From: Pelagomonas calceolata
Lineage: Eukaryota
DNA length: 64,000 nt
Direction of reading: 5' to 3'
NCBI GenBank assembly: GCA_918797485.1
Contig: CAKKNE010000004.1
Coordinates: 2,046,001-2,110,000, forward strand
A program made the translations under genes and the position numbers. Below, piece after piece: positions 22,301 to 29,565 of the stretch (position 1 is its first letter; each line of letters begins with the position of its first letter). Below the pieces are notes generated by a model. The model was given only the letters and a program-made list of their open reading frames with translations. It had not been told where the DNA came from and ran no database searches.

Positions 22301-23196
22301 TCCGCGATGCGTAACCTAGGCTGCTGCGGGAACGCAGACCCGCCTAAAGCGTTCGATGAGGCATGATCTAAAACTTCCATCACAGCTGGAGAACCCACAT
22401 ATACGGTTAAGCCCGGTATGTCCGTCGTAGCGCCCCCCGGCAATATCGTATCGCCGAAGCCCATCGCCGTAAACCTTAAGTAGTAAGGACCGCCGGCCTC
22501 GTCGATATACAAACCGCTAAACCCGACTTCGCCGAAGATAAAATAGGCCTCCGTGTTGCGTTCTGGCTTCAAGGTAGCACCGGTAGGGTTCGGATACTCC
22601 TCCGTGTCCATGATCGACACGACCAACATGCCCGTGTTCCAACTCGTAATAACGTTGCCGCCCTCGTCGTAGATGGCTATTTGCGGTTGCATGCTGAAGG
22701 GCGTGCCGCCGACGCCACCCGAGGGATAGGCCGTGGCCCTGATCTCGTAGGCTTCTCCTATTGCGACGGTGAACTCATCACTATAAGCGGAGGCGAAGGC
22801 TGAGAGCTCGGGGTCTTCCGCGACGAATTGCAATTCGTAGAGACCGGCAACATTGATATACAGCCCGTCGAACACCGCGTACCCGTCCACAAAAGCTACG
22901 CGTGTAGCGTCCTGGCCCGCCGTGCCGTTCCTCAGGACTTGCTCCGTTCCGGTTGGCGTGACGTAGCCTAGCGTCGAGCAGAATCCTACGTACGACGCCG
23001 CGAGGAGCCCGTCGTCGTCGTAGAGCGCGACCGCGGGCTGCACGCCGAAGGGCAAGCCGGCGACGGCCTCGCTCGGCTGGCGGAACATCTCGAGCGTGTA
23101 GATCGCACGCGTCACCGGGAGCAGCGCCAGCAGGACCAGCAGCCGCAGAGGGGCTGCCAGGGCGCTGGGCAGCCCTAGCAGACCTCGTCGACGCAT
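10396..23196 (-). CDS. Giant (4266 aa) intronless secreted/surface protein: Ig-like repeats, FG-GAP beta-propeller repeats, Calx-beta domains, putative carbohydrate-binding module
   Basis: Signal peptide LLVLLALLPVTRA; repeats FxxQPxVxLxDxGGN and YxSGSGTxxLxFxYxVxxGD; many FGxSVA...VVGAP...GAVYVF repeats; FESAKYSVEEG and FLAAEFAAVEG...DY...GVTTFGKGE...IVDD...E (Calx-beta). Confidence 0.85.
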   Translation of the reverse strand: MRRRGLLGLPSALAAPLRLLVLLALLPVTRAIYTLEMFRQPSEAVAGLPFGVQPAVALYDDDGLLAASYVGFCSTLGYVTPTGTEQVLRNGTAGQDATRVAFVDGYAVFDGLYINVAGLYELQFVAEDPELSAFASAYSDEFTVAIGEAYEIRATAYPSGGVGGTPFSMQPQIAIYDEGGNVITSWNTGMLVVSIMDTEEYPNPTGATLKPERNTEAYFIFGEVGFSGLYIDEAGGPYYLRFTAMGFGDTILPGGATTDIPGLTVYVGSPAVMEVLDHASSNALGGSAFPQQPRLRIADAGGNTVEDDSSSLVVATLTQNPTLTTFNSFDHSYQLAEFGMVTFTNLGIKSAGKQYEITYTLFSYSASSQKHTETSVKAVSTKIDIAPGPAARLGVITFPSEAIAGGSAFGTQPALALQDRGGNALAWASIAESTYEVEADIAPSLGADWVGVVSTAGDTPPGVIDVNVRPGAGTNPTAAGDPGSVDNLATLAAGDVIDVELTFNFDVVGHEDRGIPSLELNIRNKTGAYALAYCVSLGYWNTIQTFRYVVQDGDSSFVQRGNDTSYRLDAKSKRAFSANGGPFWDPYYRALDNITMPVGQDTIASMANNTPYAVDTSRPRATNVSLSYPSSPGVYAPGTTLRFNVTFDAAVEVVLGPQPSAAVFLPILIAPSSPSPAPSVSPTPAPSRDTTVNETQGPTPGPIDYGEISYAQYASGSGSLVLVFEYLVLPGQDSGGTPVRLPINTTSGGFQLRLDAGARIYRRSSVPATVAYSTINASSVEEAGVILDNTKPAVNRSYGVRSLSPNGTYYAGDTILLSVGFDSIVELNPAAPLALSLDVGWRVSAFYSSGAPGKILTFTYVVAEDEQSSHLNIYGDGSQALAFSGLGGYLRKASDAPSVDADLNLRAARFSLLNTSHLKIDGRAPQILEYGISRRRTPDDTEIRKKNTTVVDDIVTIYFTFDKPVVVFGKPTLDLDAYEPEVAGNPDRVATYDAGNGTATLEFVYIPKIGDKTPRLGITTSYTETLQGYQDGAFGGEGSIMLASENPTVYANTRLYLAASADRYYGNPLHFGGVQNRLKQANATNFTAVRATEPRPTRVAEVSFGTDDGVGGTPGTYGAGDRFKIKIRFTDEVIFSDPPSIFLNTGGEALYTSGTGTDTYEFIYFIKESDVEVEQFGVVNIHSIFDPGIPGYPSTCIWCNTSDTCGLFDRLGVAVNMSMGNLSKPLQLPPGYSIDVTPPYITDVWCRTPKSPYPPLPYGPYGGDANWYAVGERLEFSISFHRDVALTEEAPLLKLGLGANAPYPYATFYEFVGKRIMNYEYTIQAGDYTQNLTLRAITSRVDSVYLDASVTTTLANLSLDHHGLQGKQLGANRSTEPIVVITDRAPVVSNCSFKDVVEDTKLVPGDQITVQCAFSSSVSVVGTPVLMLNANLDAEAQYRRGSGTAILEFDYRIEPGDVVLRLAYTDAFAMRRGRIRADDHAQDKVEGRGRITALGYTPTQDADLTLPHPTTKGSLDYGDKMPVVSVSSNAPRLISLTAAATSGVVLNAGDTIVFIASFSAPVCVSGKPRLKLETGNIDRYASYINGSNTSNILFSYTVSPGDDSDRLEYWSDANDERTALSSFELPDGAWIRLLSKQPMVDADIRLSPPNAVLMSASGTLYTKGKTAKVNALGPAGVQYLDLAAANPGKQCMIRYSAEHESMPGFVFRASTSIDVAGSASTKLQVGDAGIFDLMEASHGSRDGAGRTSLMSHNQGPGDLFGWSVAADGSSGRLIAGAPGKEQIQPEIQLLTVQGTALEPRPEVQAYGVGVLAQPAVQNFTIQASAGAEVGGTFIMQYSDKDGNLLAAPANIPATTNPDTAAALLMDAYPDLGLVTASKTPYDWCACIGGAVWSITFDGLLGIGSGETGTLVLTPDGLTGTGVSISPITRIHESSYANGTWVLEDESTGNRTEPLDAQATGDDVKYAIQDALGYKISNVDVSEYNDYGSRRWAVTFADIPGESSPKKALTNDTGLFNNIPLIQAKKLSLGGGPGAEAWTSNIQDGGSPVWGHFGVSLNGAGPSEPIWHNAEPAEVKEKLEKLDSISHVEVSKVDDLFGARNGAHTYLVTFAAVLRKDDFGEWVGTHVYDMEPVQIDHSILYGSDAEVQVLQGGYDPITGNTTPVWTGARRGKRGAGGGAAFVYSRSVVSSNDPTYMWSPEFALKPNPEHYAGERAAFGHDVALGAGGNTAVVGAPYSENHGVYEQQNISCVAAGGHFRLGLMNAWTPWVAWNATIGELKSALRGRVYAPVPGLHPSPRIEIASDDEYVCSNVSTQVRITFFDPPTGPGFQTSRADLDPMSIDLTGDYVLGIEGLYGSSSIQASLSVSEVRRGTAQPLGLDSRGENAGAAFVFKRVPVDATIYASGGAWVQEARLSDVTGFVGDRFGWSVDVLDDGTTRVAAVGAPYAGDDDAGEVHIFADSGNGWAAITGLPVLDTEVYGQVQGDEFGFSVAMSLRSSGLATLVVGAPGADDDRGAVYVYTAENMGKASTNGFSLSQRLTADDGPSLYNGQRSRGDRFGCSVAMDEDDIVIGVCGAADRPRRRDATPERSGAAKATGAVVVLARHCALCRWVFIERLVATNVGRGDRLGHRVAIDDGIIVATGVGDLQGAFDRGEPPDLGGLGPQRSVWQIRTKKKCELTGHLRRQLRKNRGQCDIGGRWKVGFRSTNRSKLEMLCVDDAHYSTLGLRVCEGVHDIVGVEKRVKDTIIMSDNMTEGERTRWSQEIEKDADYLAVEYALESELLAGEVTVTGSAPDSEGQYKWNVTFSGTESGDLEILPGLEADGSRLLNGYTEVEELRPMPPRLRGVAHMFTRETQPGEVIGTFVEQALMRPFIAQRQDAYGIGAAVSGDIAAVGAPNTDSVESGDNAGAVFAADINWVTLGFESAKYSVEEGSSVDVVLARRSGEGIRDDSAPERPISFFLWTFARNSDKTTQKWLADLYGLWGDRAVPAAQTAAEVVGAGKAHARASWYGGTSNSSRWVDGGRDDTGASDFVPIGSRGQLAPISLENGRLPDSLTRRYSLAVETTDDFIYEKPDEEIIVGVWLPGMFPSPLGHLRTSVKVEDDGDGLDGSVQAFERLGESDSMEDLGIAQPDTTEDDKRGAGYSVAAFNDTKGRVYRDDSMTVEIGRIQGDDPWYVEMISVLGAPDHNSSRGQVVIYRRKRGSWSYEQSLSPMDVPPDRWNVNTSTGRRPFAATMIEDRFGESVAGSAAHGRRNGATILVGAPGAAQVYAFVRRNTTEGLPLVMNEFNNVTLQNKTEGTLKWTLEAILEHPDAYRAKHNFGGRGAIAIDGDCAVVGASGVEAAYVYRRVYHHTHKKFKWEFTEKLQSSDYDYDVLFDGLITKVHEQGFGSSVAFSENTIAIGAPFADYGNKGVVGDAETRDTDGTDNRRLGRGKVYLYYSTPPEVVVTLRADTVLSNGTWKLGLDDYRNASCLTNELGLTPTAEVIKKELDDACSSLLAGIQIEVTRQDTVLPTASGGGRLAWTVTFFGEAGEAPPLKPTWRGRGCWQCDKFNDGWAQMPDKQVLAEPKPDAAFKGHRGPFLEVGKLQAEDRTSGSQFGASLDLDKDALIVGAPRAPGVASTTWDFETGDLTGWRQSGDAFVEQPTFGDGPKFRPNLEGGYGSDGSALIGGKPQAALPRGRYFVGTKDDRGRKSGTYIDPSTNAAGTSQGDIPTGTLTAEPVTIPYAQSTINQYDTLTVSFLIGGGCDPRTEYVELLIDGVPVDRATGSCHERLRNASFDLTPFQGRTAVLRVVDASKSRWGHVNVDHVKWNWPARGFGAGRREGVTAIKPTDDVSLIHEEKNELWSTGGGFAGETARAGAAYTYRRRDPDDPNRGCFDEKEKCVWELASKLLPSDRRRGDLFGWDVAISDTTGRAAVGAPGASATTHWKLPPPKRPVGRAPPRDAPTAWTQYLKDYETAHVGSDYIDRGAPVRLPMDRHDTEKYSRDLRMASRQDVPARSGAQAIWSQRRRDVAEGVEPQHSSPAIDEAKQAGAVYVFERSIADVNPVTGETLIPARWAALETARLQAPERMARAFLGSGVAFAGRSVFGGQPGSMAFGSSAGDALVWDTDVLRVRFLAAEFAAVEGFQPTATITIVRDFEYAQNELTVGYSTEDLTARGIDDDAWLGCSGGPVDSAPTTGCGDYVQTAGVTTFGKGEIAAFFYVNIVDDPCTESAEYVQLSISVPGAPALQGEQFLARLRIDDDDFPELASSELCPDTGFKAS

Positions 23197-23410
23197 GGTT
23201 CCCAGCGGTTCAGCTATGACAACTCATCGTCGTTTCATGTGTACACTGTGCTCCATCGTCGCGGGAGGGCAGCTTTGCGGCTCCCAATGCCCATCCAGCG
23301 GCCATCTCCCCAGGTCCAAAGGCGGACCCCGTCCGCTCCGTCCGCTCGGGCTGGAACCGTCCACATTGTAGGCTTGAGCTGTGCCGAGAGCTTGGATGTG
23401 CGCGATGCGG

Positions 23411-23433
23411 GCTAGCGGCATAAGGACACTAGC
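23411..23433. promoter_or_regulatory. Recurrent upstream element (reverse orientation)
   Basis: gctagcggcataaggacactagc = revcomp gctagtgtccttatgccgctagc, midway between divergent starts 23196(-) and 23633(+). Confidence 0.55.
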
Positions 23434-23632
23434 ATTTCGACAAAGTCGTCGCCCGTCCCGCCGCAGCGTCGTATATTGCGCTGGCAACGAGCACAGAAGA
23501 CGTACAAAAGGCGCACAGCAGCCGCGCCGCGCCGCCAGTGCAAGCAGAACTGCGCTCCGCAAGCACAAAGTGCCGGAGAGCGATTTCACCATCTCCTAGC
23601 CAAACCAGCCGCCGCGACGCGAATCAGTGATC

Positions 23633-26600
23633 ATGGCCTTACCGATAGATGCCCACGCCGACAAGATCGCGGAACATGTCGCAAGGCACCGCGTCACCGT
23701 CATTCATGGAGAGACCGGCTGCGGGAAGAGCAGTCGCGTGCCTCTCATACTCCTAGAGGCCGACCCCGATGCGAAGATGTTCGTGAGCCAACCGCGACGG
23801 ATTGCGGCGAGGGCGCTGTGTGATCGTGTCCGAGACACGCATTCGGATCCGGACGACATTGCTCTGAGACTCGGTCATGGTGTCAGGGACGAAGCACTAG
23901 ACGCGAGGATCATCTTCGTGACGTGTGGTTATCTCGTACGATTAGTAGCACACCACCCGGAATCCCTAAGAGAACATAGTCACGTCATTGTTGATGAAGT
24001 TCACGAGCGTACCGTCGACGCCGACATCCTATGTTTATTAGTACGAAGACTGTTAGATGCCTCGCCACGACTCAAAGTCGTGTTGATGTCCGCCACGCTC
24101 GCTGGGGAGTTGTACTGCTCTTACTTTAGATCTCCCCTACCGATCTTTGTGGGGGCGAAACGGTTTCCAGTGGATTGTTTTTTCGCTGATGATCTAGCTG
24201 ATGGTACGGCCGATCGCTTTTTACCGGAAAGACTCGCCCCTCGGGCGCAACAGACGGCTGCTCAATGCCTACGTTTATCATCACCAGAAGATGAGAGAAA
24301 TGATGCTATGTTGGCCCCTTGGGAACGCAAGCGCAAAGAGGAACTCAAAAGGAAAGCGGCCGAGAAGAAGGACGAGCTCAAGCGGAGCGGGTCTGATGCG
24401 GCGATCCTCCAGAACATCAGTGAGGACGCCCCTAACACTGAGTTGGGCAAATCGCAGCACGAGACGTGTTTGCACTTAGTTCGTTCTTTAGCAAGAGACC
24501 CGCGCAAGTCCTGCGTTTTGGTATTTGTGGCGGGCATGGCGGACATCGTGGACCTGACGGAGAAGTTCGAGTCAGCTAATTTAGGCGGGTTCTGCGGGCC
24601 GCGGCGCTTCGACTTAGTACCCGTGCATTCGGAGATCGCCCACGAGGAACAGTTGAAAGCTTTTGAGTCAGCGGAAGAAGGGTTCTTCAAGGTCGTCATT
24701 GCTACGAACTCTGCTGAATCTTCAGTAACACTTGCAGACTGCGACGACGTGATCGACCTGGGCACGCACAAAGCTTTGAGGTACGACGCCGCGTCGCATA
24801 GAGCGGTACTGGCGCCGGCCTGGGTGTCCCGAGCTTCGGCGACGCAACGAGCGGGCCGAACGGGTCGCGTGCGACCGGGCCGGTGCTGGCGACTTTATAG
24901 CAGACAGAGGTTCGAGCTGTTGCGACCCTATGAGCTGTCCGAAATACACAGACAACCTCTAGATGCGGTGGTACTAAACCTGAGATCGATGTTAGATGCG
25001 CCAGTAGGCCCGATGCTCGCGCAGACGTTGGAACCTCCGGCTGCGGACCATGTTGGTCGTTCATTAACAGCGTTGCGGAAACAAGGCTTCCTGACCGAAC
25101 CTAGGGGCGACGCGAAGGCGGCCCAGTACTACGACTGGGAAGATACCAATGGTGATCCCGCTGCTGCGCGACGGGCCGCGGAAGCTCTGGAGGGCTTGCT
25201 GACGCCGCAGGGGCGCTTTGTGGCTCTCATAGGTGTCGACTTGCGTCTAGGACGAGTGATTGCCGTCGGCAACGCTTTGGGTTGTGGGCCGGTAGCTGCT
25301 GCCGCTGCGGCTGTTTTATCTCTACCGAGATCGCCTCTCAGAATAGCGAACCCCCTAGTACATCAAGATCCGGACGAGTACAACGCTTTAGTAAGGGATG
25401 GCTTATTAGCAAGACAACGCTTCGATGCAGGATCATACAGTGAACCATTAGCTTTAGCAAGGCTAGACGCGGCCTACGCGTCATCTCTAGATAGATCCTC
25501 CTTCTGTCGAGCCCACTGCTTAGCCCATGGTAGGGCCAAACAATGTGCTCAAGCATGTTATCATTTACGAGAACGAGTAGGGGCAGCACTAGGTGGCGAC
25601 GCCGCAAGACCAGTAACGGTCCAAGAACTCCACGACCCTTTGCAAGCGCACGCTCTACGATGCGTGCTCGTGTGGACGATGAAGGAGCAGCTCGTAAAAA
25701 CAAAAGCCGTAAGAGCGCCGAACGCTCCCCAACAGAACAAGAAGAGACCTGTGAAGAAGGTCGAAGCCGAACAGCCGGGCGCTCGCGTGGAATTGGGCGG
25801 CGAAGGTGCGGATGCGATTCGCGGGGGCGATGTGTGTCGCCTGTTTCCTTCCGATAGTCTGTTTCGGTATGATGAAGGCGTGCGCAAGGATTTAGTAAGT
25901 CAAGACGACGTCCAGCCCTTACCGCCCCAACAGATCACGCCTCAATTGAAGGATCTGGCGTTACAGTTCGAATTGGCGGCGGCGTGGTGTTCTTACCCTT
26001 CCGGGAAGAAAGGAGAAGGTCATATAACGGCGTGGGCCTGTCGCGATGTGTTGGACGCTCCTGGTGCTGCCGAGTTGTTCGACCAGATCTTTGGGCGGGA
26101 AGAAGTCGACAGAAGAGCGAGAGAATTCGACAGCGGCAATTCCCAGGACCCTTTTGTATTACTAGACGCGTCCCTCTCGAAGCAGAAGGTCCAAGCTCTC
26201 AAGGGTCTCATGGACTCACTACCTGCCGTGATCGCGGTCGAGTGTCCGTCACGAGGTTCGCTGAAAGCGATCGCGACGTTTCCCTCGCAACACGGAGATA
26301 TTGAAAGAGCTTTAGATGCATGTTTCTTCGCGGGGCGCTTCGGGGGGTGGCGCGCGCAAGTGCAACACACGAAACCGGCGTTCGTGTTCGCCCCCGATGG
26401 ACCCTTAACTACGGCTGACGGCCATGCACCGTCCGAAGCTCCTCTGCTGAATGACCTGCCGATCGGCGCTCGACTGCTGAGCGCGATGCAGCAGGGGTAT
26501 CGCGACGCCAAGCTACGACTGTGGGCGAACCAGTGGTTCCCGGGGCCGAACGGCGGCTTTACGAGACGTGATAAGGTCTCCGTGAAGTTGGACGTGCCCA

Positions 26601-27646
26601 AACCTGCCTACAAATTGGTCTTCGCGCCGGGGACCCAACAAGCGGCGCCGCCCTCGGCCCAAGTCCTCATGCCGTTTCACTCTTTGTCTGCCGTTGCGGT
26701 CCATCACTCAACTACAAAGGACCAAGTAGTGTACGCCGTGGCGGGGACCATGCTTGATACGGCCGGTGGCGGTGCGCGGGCGGAACAATTAACATTGTTG
26801 CCACCTGGTGAGGAGTGGCTTGCTTTATGTTTGAGATGCGCGACGGACCCCGCGACCTTACCTTCTTCGTCCTACGAAGTGCAGCTCCAGCAGGGGTTAT
26901 CTCCCGACTTACAGCGGAAGGCCGACGCTTTTAGAATGGGCGCCGAGGACGCGCTGCAGGGGCGGCGCTCGCCGATGCGCGGCGCCTTCGGCCAGGACAT
27001 CGACTTGGTAGGCGCGTTAGGTGCGGTCTTCGCGAAGTGGCTCCCGGACGATTTTGTGGATATGAACGCGTTGCAGCCTCTGTTAGATAAATATGATGCT
27101 ACTCGTAGATTGCCAGAACCACCAAGGGCGCTGAGGGCTGCCACTGCCGTGCGTGCTCCGAGGCCGCCCAAGGTCGAGAAAATAGACGCCAAGGCTGTTA
27201 TACTGCGATGTTTGGAAGCGGCGCCGGGCAAGACTTTAGTGTTGGACAAATTACGTCAAGCCTTCAAAAATGAAGTAGGATTCGATTTGAACGTCAAGGA
27301 CCTCGCGAAGCACACGTCGTACCGAGGCCGGGGCTCGCTGGGCCAGTTCCTCAAGTCCATTCCGGAGGTCCATCGGCCGGACCCGAACACCGTCGCGCTG
27401 AAGCGGGTGGACAAGTCGTCAGCCTTTGACGATCAAGAAGTGGAGAAGGAGGTGTCATTGAAACCTTTGAGCATTCAAGACGACTGGGAGGACGAGCCCG
27501 TGGCTCCGGCCGGAGCTTCGTCGCAGAAGAAGCGTGGTGGAAGGGGTCGCTCTGGCCGGCGCCGCGGCGGCGGGCGCGGCGGTTCAGGGGGAAAGAACTG
27601 GCGGAAGAACGGTGGTGGCGGAGGCGGTGGTGGTGGCGATTCATAG
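23633..27646 (+). CDS. DExH/DEAH-box RNA helicase (RHA/DHX/Spindle-E-like) with C-terminal OST-HTH/LOTUS-like domain and RGG tail
   Basis: GETGCGKS, SQPRRIAA, DEVHER, MSAT, ATNSAESSVT, QRAGRTGR, HA2-like region; C-terminal VILRCLEAAPGKTLVLDKLRQAFKNEVGFDL...SLGQFLKSIP and RGGRGRSGRRRGGGRGG. Confidence 0.9.
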   Translation: MALPIDAHADKIAEHVARHRVTVIHGETGCGKSSRVPLILLEADPDAKMFVSQPRRIAARALCDRVRDTHSDPDDIALRLGHGVRDEALDARIIFVTCGYLVRLVAHHPESLREHSHVIVDEVHERTVDADILCLLVRRLLDASPRLKVVLMSATLAGELYCSYFRSPLPIFVGAKRFPVDCFFADDLADGTADRFLPERLAPRAQQTAAQCLRLSSPEDERNDAMLAPWERKRKEELKRKAAEKKDELKRSGSDAAILQNISEDAPNTELGKSQHETCLHLVRSLARDPRKSCVLVFVAGMADIVDLTEKFESANLGGFCGPRRFDLVPVHSEIAHEEQLKAFESAEEGFFKVVIATNSAESSVTLADCDDVIDLGTHKALRYDAASHRAVLAPAWVSRASATQRAGRTGRVRPGRCWRLYSRQRFELLRPYELSEIHRQPLDAVVLNLRSMLDAPVGPMLAQTLEPPAADHVGRSLTALRKQGFLTEPRGDAKAAQYYDWEDTNGDPAAARRAAEALEGLLTPQGRFVALIGVDLRLGRVIAVGNALGCGPVAAAAAAVLSLPRSPLRIANPLVHQDPDEYNALVRDGLLARQRFDAGSYSEPLALARLDAAYASSLDRSSFCRAHCLAHGRAKQCAQACYHLRERVGAALGGDAARPVTVQELHDPLQAHALRCVLVWTMKEQLVKTKAVRAPNAPQQNKKRPVKKVEAEQPGARVELGGEGADAIRGGDVCRLFPSDSLFRYDEGVRKDLVSQDDVQPLPPQQITPQLKDLALQFELAAAWCSYPSGKKGEGHITAWACRDVLDAPGAAELFDQIFGREEVDRRAREFDSGNSQDPFVLLDASLSKQKVQALKGLMDSLPAVIAVECPSRGSLKAIATFPSQHGDIERALDACFFAGRFGGWRAQVQHTKPAFVFAPDGPLTTADGHAPSEAPLLNDLPIGARLLSAMQQGYRDAKLRLWANQWFPGPNGGFTRRDKVSVKLDVPKPAYKLVFAPGTQQAAPPSAQVLMPFHSLSAVAVHHSTTKDQVVYAVAGTMLDTAGGGARAEQLTLLPPGEEWLALCLRCATDPATLPSSSYEVQLQQGLSPDLQRKADAFRMGAEDALQGRRSPMRGAFGQDIDLVGALGAVFAKWLPDDFVDMNALQPLLDKYDATRRLPEPPRALRAATAVRAPRPPKVEKIDAKAVILRCLEAAPGKTLVLDKLRQAFKNEVGFDLNVKDLAKHTSYRGRGSLGQFLKSIPEVHRPDPNTVALKRVDKSSAFDDQEVEKEVSLKPLSIQDDWEDEPVAPAGASSQKKRGGRGRSGRRRGGGRGGSGGKNWRKNGGGGGGGGGDS

Positions 27647-27956
27647 TATCCTAGTAATGTTTGGCCTGTCTATATATACTCTCGACGACGCGAACCTGGC
27701 CTTTCAAGAACATTATGATTATCGTACTGGTGCTAGGACTAGTGGGCGTTCATTACCGCATAGCTCTACCGCATACCTCCTCCTCAGCAGTGCTAGGACC
27801 GGTGGAGCTATAGAGTGGAGCTCGAAGCAAAGCAATAATGCTTACACGACTCTGCGTCGCGCCTCGCGGCTTGCCACCCGCCTGCTCGCATTACACCCAG
27901 CGCCGCCGCCGCGGCGGCACTTTCGGTTTTGTTTCCTCTCCTCTCAAAACGCCCGC

Positions 27957-29231
27957 CTACCAAGCGTCGATGCACGCCTTGACGTTCTCGAACAAGGCCG
28001 CGTCGAAGACGCCCGCGGCGTGCATCCGATGGACGAAGGCGTCGGTCTGCTTGATGAGCTTCATACACGACGCCTTCACCTCGTCCGACGGGTGGCTCAC
28101 GGGGGAGATGCCGGAGCACGGGGGCGTCGCGTCGCAGTACACGAAGACGTTCTCGCGCCGCAGGTTCCGCTTTTTCAAAACGTCGTCCAGGGACTTCTTC
28201 ATGTCGGCGGCCAGCTGATCCCACGTGCAGTCGACGGCGTGCCAGGCCTCGCCCCGGCCGTCGCCGATGTCCATGACGTAGCGGTCGCCCGCCTCGCCCA
28301 GGACGACGGCCTTGAATTTCTGGACCTCGGCCTCACCGCGCAGCTCCGTCCGCGCGTTATGGAACGCCTCGCAGGTCCGGCACGCCTCGTAATTTTTCGC
28401 GAGGAGCAACATCGGACCGGCCACGGCGCGCGCGGCTTCGCCGCCGGCGTTGAGCATCGCGCCGCAGACGGACATTTGGACGACGTACTTGTCCTCGGCG
28501 CCGTGCTCCTTGATGGCCGCGCGCAGGAAGCGGCACGCCGTCTCAAAGGGAAAGGCCCGGTTGATGAAGCGGACGAGCCGCGTGTCTTTTTTGCGACGCT
28601 TCATGGCCTCTTCTATGCGCGCAAAGGCCACCATATTATGTTCCTCGGGAAAACTCATGAGACGCAGGCTTATGTCCAGGTGGGACCCGGTGTTCTCGCG
28701 CTCGTCCTCTCCTGGTCCCGTTGCAACGTACGGCCGTCCGCCACTGTAGACGCTTGTTGACGGTTGGTCCAGCGTGTGCAAGGTCATTGACTTTTTATCA
28801 GCATAGGTGCCGATGACCCTTTTGCCGTTGATGAACTTCCCCTCGAACACGCGGCGTTGGGTCGCCTGCCTTCGGTCCGGAGCCGGAATCTCAGAGCCCC
28901 ACACCTTGATGGCGCGCATGCGGCTGGACGGGCAATCGTAGTAGGTAAGCTGCAATAATGTGGGGCGCCGCCACCCGCGGGTCATCATCCTCGTAAAGAC
29001 TACCACCTCGCGTCGCGTCCGCGGCTGCGTCTGCGTCCGCGCCCTCTTCCTCGTCGTCTTCTCTTGAAGGTAATCTCCATCAGAGTCATCAGTTGTCTCG
29101 TCCGCGTCCTTGTAGCAGACGACCCTCTTAAGTGGCCGCAGGCCTTCATGGCCTCGTCGATAAAACTCGCTCTCCGTCGTCTTTTGCCTCTCGAGGAGGC
29201 GCTTCTTGTGGGCGTTTCTAGTTCTACCCAT
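27957..29231 (-). CDS. Hypothetical protein ending in a truncated/divergent C5 DNA methyltransferase-like half-domain
   Basis: 424-aa ATG ORF; CDATPPCSGIS (motif IV-like) and ALFENV (motif VI-like) at appropriate spacing, then a stop. Confidence 0.55.
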   Translation of the reverse strand: MGRTRNAHKKRLLERQKTTESEFYRRGHEGLRPLKRVVCYKDADETTDDSDGDYLQEKTTRKRARTQTQPRTRREVVVFTRMMTRGWRRPTLLQLTYYDCPSSRMRAIKVWGSEIPAPDRRQATQRRVFEGKFINGKRVIGTYADKKSMTLHTLDQPSTSVYSGGRPYVATGPGEDERENTGSHLDISLRLMSFPEEHNMVAFARIEEAMKRRKKDTRLVRFINRAFPFETACRFLRAAIKEHGAEDKYVVQMSVCGAMLNAGGEAARAVAGPMLLLAKNYEACRTCEAFHNARTELRGEAEVQKFKAVVLGEAGDRYVMDIGDGRGEAWHAVDCTWDQLAADMKKSLDDVLKKRNLRRENVFVYCDATPPCSGISPVSHPSDEVKASCMKLIKQTDAFVHRMHAAGVFDAALFENVKACIDAW

Positions 29232-29565
29232 CGTTGCGCTTCCTTTTGGCGCAGCGGCGGCGTGTAGCGGTGTTAGTTGTTTCTGGCGTCCAGCTCAGGA
29301 CGCGCCCGATGGGCAGCCGTAGCGACGCCTGTAGGTCCGACGCCGAAGGCTATCCACACCTGATGGCCAGCACTGCCACTGGGGCAGCCTCTCGGGGAGC
29401 CCGGCTCTCGCAAAGAAACAGTGGCACCCGGGCCCGCGCGTTGGGTGACGGAAGAAAGGACAGGAGCGCCCGACAGCTATAAGCAAACATATGTATAACA
29501 CAGGGGCCGGAGTCGGTCACGTGCGCGCGCGCTTCGGCGGCGGGCTCGTCGTCTTGTGGAGCTAG

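Noticed and set aside
27534..28760. 408-aa + strand ORF
   Set aside because: Antisense shadow of the 27957-29231 ORF that also overlaps the helicase end; no recognisable motifs.
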